This document shows positions 29,415-38,709 of a stretch of 64,000 nucleotides of DNA, in pieces (positions within the stretch are counted from its first letter, which is position 1; every line of letters starts with the position of its first letter). This stretch comes from Verrucomicrobiia bacterium (GTDB lineage: Bacteria; Verrucomicrobiota; Verrucomicrobiia; Limisphaerales; UBA1319). A program made the position numbers and the translations under genes. Location of the stretch: positions 3,456,001-3,520,000 of the forward strand of contig OY760937.1 in assembly GCA_963664225.1 (NCBI GenBank). The letters run 5' to 3'. A model generated the notes under the pieces. The model had not been told where the DNA came from, did not search any database, and saw only the letters and a program-made list of their open reading frames with translations.

Positions 29415-29740
29415 GGCGCCGTCACCGCAACTCGTAGCGCAGGTTTCCAATCTGCAAACGCTGAAATGCAAGAGCGCATTCCAATCTTCACGCGTCTGTA
29501 AAACCGCAAGTGGAGCGCCGGTCTCCAGACCGGCTTACCGCTCTGAACCCTCAGCAACCCAAAGCACAGTCACCGTTACTGCCGTTACGCAGCCACCCCA
29601 CCTGCTTGCGCATCCAAACCGCAACTCGTATCGCAGATTTCCAATCTGCAAACGCTGGAACGCACGGGCGCATTCCAAACTTCACGAGCGCGCAAACCCC
29701 AATGCTGCGCGCCGTCACCGCAACTCGCATCGCAGCTTGC
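29415..29740. repeat. Degenerate REP-family copies
   Basis: ccgcaactcgta(g/t)cgcag(g/a)tttccaatctgcaaacgctg near 29425 and 29619, plus a partial copy near 29710. Confidence 0.7.
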
Positions 29741-29846
29741 ATCATCCGTTGGTTGGTCGTCTTTTTTTCGACTACCCTCGAGCCGATTTACCAGGAGCAT
29801 GAACAATGCGCGCTATAGGAAAAGTGCGCAGTGACGATACACAATT

Positions 29847-30707
29847 GTGACATGCAAGTTCCATCAAATGGTCTGTCTCGGCTTATGGCTGATTCATGCG
29901 GGAATTCCCCAGCATGCGCAGGCCGCGCTGGCGCCCGAAAAACTCTACCAAAAAGTGCTGCCTTCGGTGATGACCTTGGAAGTGGAAAACCAGACCGGGC
30001 AGAGGTTTGTAGGCAGCGCCGTGCTGGCCCGTGCAAATGATGTGGCGCTGACGGCCTGGCACGTCATCGCCGATGCGCGTTCCGTTTGGGCCGTGTTCGC
30101 TGACGGCCAGCGCGTCAGAGTGATTGGGTGCATCGACCATAACGGCGTCCGCGATCTGGCATTATTGAAACTGGAAAAGAAACTCCCCCGGCGACAGGCG
30201 ACTTTATGCCCTGACCTGCAATCTGTGGCGGCCCGGGCTTACGTGATCGGCGCACCCAAAGGTTTTGATTTTAGCATCGGCGACGGCTTGATCAGCCAGG
30301 TTCGGAGCATAAACGGATTTCTGCAGTATCAGCTTTCCTGTCCCATCTCTCCGGGAAATAGCGGGGGCCCAATCCTCAACAATCGTGGTGAAGTCATCGG
30401 CATTGTCTCGTGGACCAAGACGGACGCGCAGAACGTGAGCTTTGCCATTCCAGCCCGGGAATTCATGGGACTTAACGTTTCCCTGCCGCCGAGGACTTGG
30501 GGGGAAATGGCGGCCAGCGCAAGCTCCTTCCCGTCTCCCAAGTCGGGTAAATCGGGTCATAAACCGGCCATGATGTCCGAAGACGACGCCGATGCCAGAA
30601 CCTACGCAGCCTTCAAGAGTCGGCTCAAAGAATCCGCAGGCAAGACCGTGACCGTCGTTCTCCAAGAAGAAGCGCGAACAAACACATTCACGTTTACGGT
30701 CAAGTGA
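29847..30707 (+). CDS. Trypsin-like serine protease (S1C/HtrA-like catalytic domain, no obvious PDZ)
   Basis: LTAWHVI (His), DLALLKL (Asp) and ISPGNSGGP (Ser); N-terminal signal-like segment. The start is uncertain. Confidence 0.85.
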   Translation: MTCKFHQMVCLGLWLIHAGIPQHAQAALAPEKLYQKVLPSVMTLEVENQTGQRFVGSAVLARANDVALTAWHVIADARSVWAVFADGQRVRVIGCIDHNGVRDLALLKLEKKLPRRQATLCPDLQSVAARAYVIGAPKGFDFSIGDGLISQVRSINGFLQYQLSCPISPGNSGGPILNNRGEVIGIVSWTKTDAQNVSFAIPAREFMGLNVSLPPRTWGEMAASASSFPSPKSGKSGHKPAMMSEDDADARTYAAFKSRLKESAGKTVTVVLQEEARTNTFTFTVK

Positions 30708-31139
30708 TAAATATCTGAATTGGCACATATTGGTTTCAATGCGTTACCACATTATAGGCCGGGTGCCCTCACCCGGCGTCCGTTGAATTGCCCCCCCGAA
30801 CGCCTTTCTCTGGGCGCGGCCTTTGAGGGTTTTGTATGGAGTCCCGTCTTTAGACGGCGCAGCATTCAAAAGGAGGGAAGTTTGAATATTTCTAACCCTC
30901 TCGATAATCCGATGACCTGCTCGAATTCGTAAAACCCACCATTATTCTATTTTCCAATCAAACGATTCCCTTCAAGCATCCCGGCAGGGATCGCAGACCC
31001 TTTTCAATGAGCTCGCGTCCCGCCCGGTCAATCGCAATCAAAATCTCCATCGGACCGCCACGTTTATCCACCTTCTTGCGCGTCCAAACCGCAACTCGTA
31101 GCGCAGACATCCTGTCTTGTATGTTTGAATTTGCCACTT

Positions 31140-31350
31140 GTTTGTTGGTTCGCGTTGAACAAGAAAGAAGTGGTGTCCCTTCCCCGCCTGCAGGCGGGGA
31201 AGGGACGGCGGACGCGTGTTCGTTCCAATCTTGGTCTGGTGAAAGCCAGACCGTACGGCAGCATGAATCGCGCTCGCCTTTGTCCGAAACTCGAACCGTT
31301 ACCAGAGCGGCGTGTTACAACGCCAGCTCGTATTTGCAAGAATGAGTCCG
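31140..31350 (+). ncRNA. Putative IS110 bridge RNA
   Basis: 5' hairpin (perfect 32-nt palindrome, 31175-31206), then two stem/internal-loop/stem modules whose loops match the target and donor sequences. RNA ends are approximate. Confidence 0.8.
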
Positions 31351-31365
31351 AACAACTTTAATATT

Positions 31366-32304
31366 ATGACTGAAAAATCCGCCCCTGTCCATGTCGGTCT
31401 GGACGTCGCCAAGGCCACTCTCCAACTTCACCTTCCCGGACGGCTCCTGGACGTGACCAACGATGCGGCGGGGCACACACAACTGGTCCAATGTCTGGGT
31501 GCTGTGCCCGGTGCCCACGTGATCCTCGAAGCCACTGGCGGCTATGAGCGTGCCGTCGTGGCGGCACTTCACACGGCCGGTTTACCCGTCAGCGTGGTCA
31601 ACCCGGCCCAGACCCGTGCCTTCGCCCGCGCCACCGGCCAGCGGGCCAAGAGCGATCCGATCGATGCTGCCAGCCTGAGCGCCTTCGGCAAGGCCCTGGA
31701 GCCCGCTGCCACCACCGCCCCGACGCCAGCCCACACTGAGCTCACCGCCCTGGTGACCTGGCGCGAACAACTCAAAGATCTCCTGACCATCGCCAAAAAT
31801 CAGGCCGAACACCACGACTCACCCTTCGTCCGCACCGAACACGCCAAGCTGATACGGCATCTGGAAAGCCGTTTGGCCGCAGTGCTGGCCGAATTAACCG
31901 CCGCCCTGGCCCGCCACGCCGTCGAGCAAAAACAAGTCACCCGCCTGGCGGAAATTCCCGGCGTGGGGATGCTGACGGCCGTGACGGTAGTGGCGCAGAT
32001 GCCCGAACTGGGAACCCTCAACCGGGGCCAGGCGGCAGCCCTGGCGGGGCTGGCCCCGTGGGTGCGCCAGAGCGGCCCTTGGGAAGGCCAGCGTCACATT
32101 GGTGGCGGCCGGACCGGGGTGCGCCGCGCCCTCTACATGGCCTCCGTGGCAGCGGTGCGCTGCAATTCCATCCTCAAGGCCTTTTATAAGAGGCTGCGGG
32201 CGGCGGGCAAGAAGCCCAAAGTGGCGCTGACAGCAGTGATGCGGAAACTCATCGTATTGATGAATCATGCCCTAAAAGATCCCAGATTCTGTGTTGCTCC
32301 ATGA
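31366..32304 (+). CDS. IS110 family transposase/recombinase (DEDD RuvC-like + Tnp_20 domain)
   Basis: VGLDVAK, LEATGGYE, KSDPIDA (DEDD); IPGVG, AGLAPWVRQSG (catalytic Ser), RRALYM and AVMRKL. Confidence 0.97.
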   Translation: MTEKSAPVHVGLDVAKATLQLHLPGRLLDVTNDAAGHTQLVQCLGAVPGAHVILEATGGYERAVVAALHTAGLPVSVVNPAQTRAFARATGQRAKSDPIDAASLSAFGKALEPAATTAPTPAHTELTALVTWREQLKDLLTIAKNQAEHHDSPFVRTEHAKLIRHLESRLAAVLAELTAALARHAVEQKQVTRLAEIPGVGMLTAVTVVAQMPELGTLNRGQAAALAGLAPWVRQSGPWEGQRHIGGGRTGVRRALYMASVAAVRCNSILKAFYKRLRAAGKKPKVALTAVMRKLIVLMNHALKDPRFCVAP

Positions 32305-34496
32305 CACCGTTGCTGCCGTATCGCGGATTTCCAATCCGCCAACCGACTCAAACTCGCAAGGCGCAGAACTTCATCCTACGGCATGCAGAAACGCCATAAA
32401 ACGCCATCGGAGCGCCATTTCGTAAAACCTACCAAACTGCGTGCCCCCCCACCCGCTGGCTCGCTATCAAAATCCACCACGGATCGCCACGTTTATCCAC
32501 CTTCCAAACCGCCCAATTAACCGCTCGACTTGCGGAACTTTCAATTCCTCAATTATCCATCATTTCTTCCCACGCCAAACCCACTGGCGCGCGGCCTTTG
32601 AGGGTTTTGTATGGAGTCCCGTCTTTAGACGGCGCAGCATTCAAAAGGAGGGAAGTTTGAATATTTCTAACCCTCTCGATAATCCGATGACCTGCTCGAA
32701 TTCGTAAAATCCACCATTATTCTATTTTCCAATCAAACGATTCCCTTCAAGCATCCCGGCAGGGATCGCAGACCCTTTTCAATGAGCTCGCGTCCCGCCC
32801 GGTCAATCGCAATCAAAATCTCTATCGGACCGCCACGTTTATCCACCTTCTTGCGCGTCCAAACCGCAACTCGTAGCGCAGACATCCTGTCTGCCGTATC
32901 GCGGATTTCCAATCCGCCAACCGACTCAAACTCGCAAGGCGCAGAACTTCATCCTACGGCATGCAGAAACGCCATAAAACGCCATCGGAGCGCCATTTCG
33001 TAAAACCTACCAAACTGCGTGCCTCCCCACCCGCTGGCTCGCTATCAAAATCCACCACGGATCGCCACGTTTATCCACCTTCCAAACCGCCCAATTAACC
33101 GCTCGACTTGCGGAACTTTCAATTCCTCAATTATCCATCATTTCTTCCCACGCCAAACCCACTGGCGCGCGGCCTTTGAGGGTTTTGTATGGAGTCCCGT
33201 CTTTAGACGGCGCAGCATTCAAAAGGAGGGAAGTTTGAATATTTCTAACCCTCTCGATAATCCGATGACCTGCTCGAATTCGTAAAATCCACCATTATTC
33301 TATTTTCCAATCAAACGGTTCCCTTCAAGCATCCCGGCAGGGATGCCAGCGATTAGCCGGGGGTCGAGGTCGTCCGCGACCGACACCCCCGGACACCCAA
33401 CCCAACCAACACGATCCCGGCAGGGATCGCAGACCCTTTTCAATGAGGTCGTGCCTCCCCGCCCGGTCAATCGCAATCAAAAGCTCCGTAGGAGCGTCAT
33501 GTTTATAGAAATCCAACAACCACGATATTCAAGCTCCAGAGGACCGCCACGTTTATCCACCTTCCAAACCGCCCAATTAACCGCTCGACTTGCGGAACTT
33601 TCAATTCCTCAATTATCCATCATTTCTTCCCACGCCAAACCCACTGGCGCGCGGCCTTTGAGGGTTTTGTATGGAGTCCCGTCTTTAGACGGCGCAGCAT
33701 TCAATAGGAGGGAAGTTTGAATATTTCTAACCCTCTCGATAATCCGATGACCTGCTCGAATTCGTAAAACCCACCATTATTCTATTTTCCAATCAAACGA
33801 TTCCCTTCAAGCATCCCGGCAGGGATGCCAGCGATTAGCCGGGGGTCGAGGTCGTCCGCGACCGACACCCCCGGACACCCAACCCAACCAACACGATCCC
33901 GGCAGGGATCGCAGACCCTTTTCAATGAGCTCGCGTCCCCGCCCGGTCAATCGCAATCAAAAGCTCCGTAGGAGCGTCATGTTTATAGAAATCCAACAAC
34001 CACGATATTCAAGCTCCAGAGGAGCGGCATGTCCATCCACCTTCTTGCGCGTCCAAACCGCAACTTGTAGCGCAGACATCCTGTCTGCCGTATCGCGGAT
34101 TTCCAATCCGCCAACCGACTCAAACTCGCAAGGCGCAGAACTTCATCCTACGGCATGCAGAAACGCCATAAAACGCCATCGGAGCGCCATTTCGTAAAAC
34201 CTACCAAACTGCGTGCCTCCCCACCCGCTGGCTCGCAATCAAAATCTCCATCGGATCGCCACGTTTATCCACCTTCCAAATCGCCCAATTTCTGTTTTTT
34301 TTCTCCATTGTCCATTGTCAATTATCCATTCCCCCTCCCCCCCCATCCTGCACATCCTGTCTATCCATGTGGGCTTGCTTTGTGCTTCCATTTGAATAGC
34401 CCCTGTCCTCAGTTTTTTGTCCTCCCCGCTCCCGCAAATAAATCACTTGATGTCTTGCCTGTGAGGTGTTTTTGGGAATAAAAAGAACGAATCGCT

Positions 34497-37448
34497 ATGA
34501 AAATGACCCATCCACGCCACTGGATTTATTCGCTGATATTGTGCGCCACCATTCTGGGCATTGCGCGGCCCAACCCGGCCCCTGCCGCGCCAGCAGCGCC
34601 TCAGACGGACGTCGAACCCCTGCGCGCCCAATGGATCTGGCTCAACCGGCGGGACGTGTACGATTACAACCAGACCATTATTCTGCGCAAATCGTTCCGC
34701 GTTAGTGATGCCGAAAAAGCAACCCTCCGCATCACGGCGGATAGCTACTATCGCGTCTTCATCAACGGGCAATGGGTCAACGACGGCCCCTGCCGGAGTT
34801 GGCCGGAGCATTTCCAGTTCGATGTCATCGATGCCGCGCCTTACCTGGTCAGCGGCGCCAACGAGATTCGCGTCATCGCGCGCTATTACGGCGTGGGCGA
34901 TTTTCATCATGTGCCCCGCCAGGCCGGCTTCCTGGCCCAACTCGACGTGACGCATGGGAGCAAGGTCATGAGCATTGTCAGTGACAGTTCCTGGGAAGCC
35001 GCCAATGCCCCCGCGTGGACCCAGAACACCCCCAAGGTCAGCATCCAGATGGAGGCTTGCGAACTCTACGATGCGCGCCTCGAGGACTCGCTTTCCTTCA
35101 AGCACGCCGCCGTCCTCTACGACGCCGACAAGGGGCCGTGGAAGGACCTGAGCGCCCGCGACACCGCCCTGCTCACTAAGGAACCGGTCTCGTTCAAAAC
35201 ATTTCTCGGCGCAAAAGCCGTGCGCGCGGATGGTTGGGATTTCTGCCTGCCCGCGGCGCGTTTGGTGCATCCCGGTCTCATCGAAGCCAATCACAATGCC
35301 AGTTGTGCCAGCGGAATGGCGACCCTTCTCAACGCACAAACCGATTGCACCATCGAGCTTCAAAACGACGGCATGCGCATCAGCGTCGATGGCCAGATGG
35401 TTGATAACAAGCCGCTCAAAGTCACCGCAGGCACGCACATGGTCCTCGCATTGGTCAGCGATATTTACGGTCACAACAAGGAAAAGGCCGTGGGTTTCAT
35501 GAATCCGAAAGGCTTCACCCTGGAGAATCCCCTGCGCGCGGGCGAAGAAAACCCGTGGTGTTTCATCCGTTTCCCCGAGTTTGCCTTGGCCGACACCGAT
35601 CTGCAATGGCCCTCGTTCAGGACCGAAGGCTCGCCCCTGGGAAAAGCCGCCAGCGGTTACGACCAGGCACGCACGGAGTTATTCAAACAGGTGAAGGATG
35701 CCGACACTTTCAAGCAATTCGCAGGCAAGCGCGCGGAATTGATGGCCAGTGACAAAATGTTCGTCAAAGATACCTTCTGGCAGTTCACCCAGCGCAAACC
35801 CGTCGGCGACGCCACCGCGCTGGTCCGTAATCCCTCCGGTTTGCTCTACAACACCCCGGAGTCCACAGTCGTCAGCCCCTCGCCCCAAGGCGACGTGGAA
35901 CTGCTCTATGATCTGGGCGAGCAGCGCTGCGGTTACTATCAATTCGATCTGATGGCCGACGCCGGCGTGCAGGTGGACATCTACGGCATCGAATACATCA
36001 CCCCCGAAGGCCGCCTGCAGCACAGTTGGGGAAACCGCAATGGCATGCGCTACATCACCAAAGAGGGCGTGAACCATTTCACCTCCCTCAAGCGCCGCTC
36101 CGGTCGCTATGTGTTCATCACGTTCCGCAACTTGAAGACCCCCGCGCGCATCCGGGAGTTTAAGGTGATCGAATCGACCTACCCCGTTCAATACGCCGGC
36201 AGCTTCCGTTGCAGCGATGAACGCCTCGCCCGTATCTGGGACATCTCCACACGCACGCTCAAGCTGTGCATGGAAGACACCTTTACCGATTGCCCGCTTT
36301 ACGAGCAGACCCATTGGGTGGGCGACGCGCGCAACGAATCGCTCCTCGCCTACGGAGTTTTCGGGGCGGGTGACCTGGCCCGCCGCTGCATCGACATCAC
36401 GGCCCAATCCCTCGAGCGTTACCCGATTGCCGGTTGCCAGACGCCCTCCTGCTGGGAATGCCTGCTGCCCGCCTGGAGTTTCCTGTGGGGCATTTCCACC
36501 TGGGACCATTACGAGGCCACGGGCGACAAGGAATGGCTCCGAAGCATCCAACCGGCGGTCCTGAAGAACTTGAAAGGCGCGGAGCAATTCGTGAATGACC
36601 GCGACCTGTTCAGCGGGCCTTTCTGGAATATGTTCGACTGGACCGGCGCGGACCAGGGACAAAAAACCGTCCTGCACAACAGCATGTTCATGGTCGGCGC
36701 GATCGATGCCGCGTTGAAGGAAGCCGATGCGCTGGGCGATACATCAAACACCGCATGGCTGAAAGCACTGCGCGCCCGCCTGGTGGGCGGCATCAACAAG
36801 CTCTGGGATCCGGTGAAGCAGTCCTATCCCGACGCGATTCGGGATGATGGCACCATCAGCCCTTCCATCTGCCAGCACACCAGCTTTCTGTCCCTGCTTT
36901 ATGACATTGTGCCCAAAGACAATGCCGCCGCCGCGCTGAAGAACCTCACCGCTCCGCCCGAGAAGATGGTCCGCATCGGCTCCCCCTTCGCGGTGCTCTA
37001 TCTCTACGAGACATACGAGAAACTCGCCATGGAGGATCAGATCGTCAGAGAGATCTACACCAACTACCTGCCCATGGTCGAAAGCGGCGCAACAACCGTC
37101 TGGGAGAGTTTTCCCACCGGCACCACCGGCAGCGGCGGTTTCCCCACCCGCAGTCATTGCCACGCCTGGTCCTCGGCGCCCTCCCGATTCCTGAACCGGA
37201 TCATCCTTGGCGTGAAGGAAACCTCGCCCGGCGGCGCCTCGGTAACGATCAGCCCACGAGTCAACCGGTTGACTTGGGCCCAGGGCACCACTCTCACCGC
37301 TCGCGGACCCGTGGATGTAAGCTGGAAACTCGAAGACAAGACGTTGCGCGTGAATTACTTGGCACCTGAAGGCACCAGGGTGGAATTCCTGAAAAACAGC
37401 AGCCACGAAGGCTTGAAACTCGTGGTAAACGGTAAACCGGTTGAATGA
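34497..37448 (+). CDS. Alpha-L-rhamnosidase-like glycoside hydrolase family 78
   Basis: Signal peptide, ITADSYYRVFING, DLGEQRCG, TDCPLYEQTHWVGD, GATTVWE and SHCHAWS. Confidence 0.9.
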   Translation: MKMTHPRHWIYSLILCATILGIARPNPAPAAPAAPQTDVEPLRAQWIWLNRRDVYDYNQTIILRKSFRVSDAEKATLRITADSYYRVFINGQWVNDGPCRSWPEHFQFDVIDAAPYLVSGANEIRVIARYYGVGDFHHVPRQAGFLAQLDVTHGSKVMSIVSDSSWEAANAPAWTQNTPKVSIQMEACELYDARLEDSLSFKHAAVLYDADKGPWKDLSARDTALLTKEPVSFKTFLGAKAVRADGWDFCLPAARLVHPGLIEANHNASCASGMATLLNAQTDCTIELQNDGMRISVDGQMVDNKPLKVTAGTHMVLALVSDIYGHNKEKAVGFMNPKGFTLENPLRAGEENPWCFIRFPEFALADTDLQWPSFRTEGSPLGKAASGYDQARTELFKQVKDADTFKQFAGKRAELMASDKMFVKDTFWQFTQRKPVGDATALVRNPSGLLYNTPESTVVSPSPQGDVELLYDLGEQRCGYYQFDLMADAGVQVDIYGIEYITPEGRLQHSWGNRNGMRYITKEGVNHFTSLKRRSGRYVFITFRNLKTPARIREFKVIESTYPVQYAGSFRCSDERLARIWDISTRTLKLCMEDTFTDCPLYEQTHWVGDARNESLLAYGVFGAGDLARRCIDITAQSLERYPIAGCQTPSCWECLLPAWSFLWGISTWDHYEATGDKEWLRSIQPAVLKNLKGAEQFVNDRDLFSGPFWNMFDWTGADQGQKTVLHNSMFMVGAIDAALKEADALGDTSNTAWLKALRARLVGGINKLWDPVKQSYPDAIRDDGTISPSICQHTSFLSLLYDIVPKDNAAAALKNLTAPPEKMVRIGSPFAVLYLYETYEKLAMEDQIVREIYTNYLPMVESGATTVWESFPTGTTGSGGFPTRSHCHAWSSAPSRFLNRIILGVKETSPGGASVTISPRVNRLTWAQGTTLTARGPVDVSWKLEDKTLRVNYLAPEGTRVEFLKNSSHEGLKLVVNGKPVE

Positions 37449-37993
37449 AGCGCCTGCTGCTATTCATCACGTTCGGATTGCTGACCACAATACCCGGTGA
37501 AATACTGAACCAAGTCCTTGCCCGGCACGACATTAGAGCCTTTCGCAGCACCATGATCAGCTACGTCATTTTGCTGTTTATTGGCTTCTTCGTGGCAAAA
37601 GGCCTTTGCCGGCTGTTCAGGAAGCGATGCTATGCCGCCCTGGCAAACTACCTGTTCTTCGGAACGCTCGGCTTGATGGTCGAATGGTTTTTGCTGGGGA
37701 ACGCTCCGGTAATCGATCCACTCCAAGTGGTTACACAGCCTGGTATGTTCACGTTCTGGGCTGCAATGCTGCTCACGCCGTGGCTGCTTTTGGAGCCTCC
37801 CGAGTTCTCGGCATTGAAGAAGCGATTCGTGAGGTATTTCGTTGGATTCTCTCTTTTATACCTGTCTGTGGCCGTGCTGCTTCCGAAAGAAAAAGGCGGC
37901 ATCTTCTTCGGCTTTATCCTTTTCGCCACCGGCTATGTCGGCCTCAACTATTACTTCTGGCAATACTTCCAGATGCTCAAAAGGCCGTCGTGA
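37445..37993 (+). CDS. Hypothetical integral membrane protein
   Basis: About 6 hydrophobic segments; ATGA-coupled to the GH78 stop. Confidence 0.7.
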   Translation: MKRLLLFITFGLLTTIPGEILNQVLARHDIRAFRSTMISYVILLFIGFFVAKGLCRLFRKRCYAALANYLFFGTLGLMVEWFLLGNAPVIDPLQVVTQPGMFTFWAAMLLTPWLLLEPPEFSALKKRFVRYFVGFSLLYLSVAVLLPKEKGGIFFGFILFATGYVGLNYYFWQYFQMLKRPS

Positions 37994-38029
37994 AGACGGC
38001 CTGTTGCAAATCCCTGATAGCGTTCCACA

Positions 38030-38350
38030 TCAGCTCACAGCGATGAGTCCAACCCGCTCGTTTTTCGCGTTGCGGGAGATTCCAGTGGCACGCGGATCCA
38101 GCGTAGGCACTCCATCGACCAGGAACAAATACTGGTGATGTCCATGATGCAGAGGGATATGCGCCACCCAGCCCCCGTCGGGTTGGTGCTTCATCGGATT
38201 GGCATTGGGCTCCCAATTATTAAAATCGCCAATGACCGAAACCATCTTGGCTTGAGGCGCGAGGCACAGAAAATTGATCGCTCGGCTCGTTCCCTTCGCC
38301 GAATAACGATCGGTTTTCCGAATATTCGCTGTGTAGGATTCTAAAAACAT
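38030..38350 (-). CDS. Stand-alone glycogen-binding (CBM48 / isoamylase early-set) domain protein
   Basis: APQAKMVSVIGDFNNW...W...G.HQYLFLVDG..TLDP. Confidence 0.85.
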   Translation of the reverse strand: MFLESYTANIRKTDRYSAKGTSRAINFLCLAPQAKMVSVIGDFNNWEPNANPMKHQPDGGWVAHIPLHHGHHQYLFLVDGVPTLDPRATGISRNAKNERVGLIAVS

Positions 38351-38709
38351 TTTTCCAGCAAGTTAAATTTTTAGCCGTTCCAACCTAATTATTAAGTGCT
38401 GACGGCTTTCGGCAATAAATTGAGCATAAGTCGTGCCTCTGGGCAAGCCTCTTCATTTCGGGAGGTGAAGAGTTTCAGCATGCAAAACGAATTTGTAACT
38501 AAATCAAATGCGATAACGATATCGCTTTCAAAATAACACAATATATCGGGTTATTATCACAATAATTAACCTTTAAATCGCAATGGTTATCATTTGCTGA
38601 ATGTTGAAATGCGCTGAAATCTAACACTGCCCGCGTGCTTTTCACACCCTGTTAATGCATCGGGTTTTGGAATCCGCCAATCCATACCCGGAGCGCGATC
38701 CTTAGTCTC

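Larger units (their letters stand above)
31118..32314 (+). mobile_element. IS110-family insertion sequence, 1197 bp, CT core, no terminal inverted repeats
   Basis: Flanks gacatcctgtCT|tgtatg...caccgttgCT|gccgtatc rejoin to give the intact REP seen at 32881-32900. The length matches the extra spacing in the tandem array. Confidence 0.95.
30814..34290. repeat. Tandem array of about 4 non-coding REP-mosaic units (578 bp basic period); the first is interrupted by IS110
   Basis: Anchor gcgcggcctttgaggg at 30814, 32589, 33167 and 33649 (spacings 1775 = 578+1197, 578, 482). Confidence 0.93.

Noticed and set aside
28233..30707. Intact prophage
   Set aside because: No integrase, terminase, capsid, tail or replication genes surround the repressor/excisionase pair.
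32315..34481. Repeated 73-125 aa ORFs (e.g. 32441..32707 and 33019..33285)
   Set aside because: These are by-products of the palindromic DNA repeats, with no RBS, no motifs and inconsistent frames.
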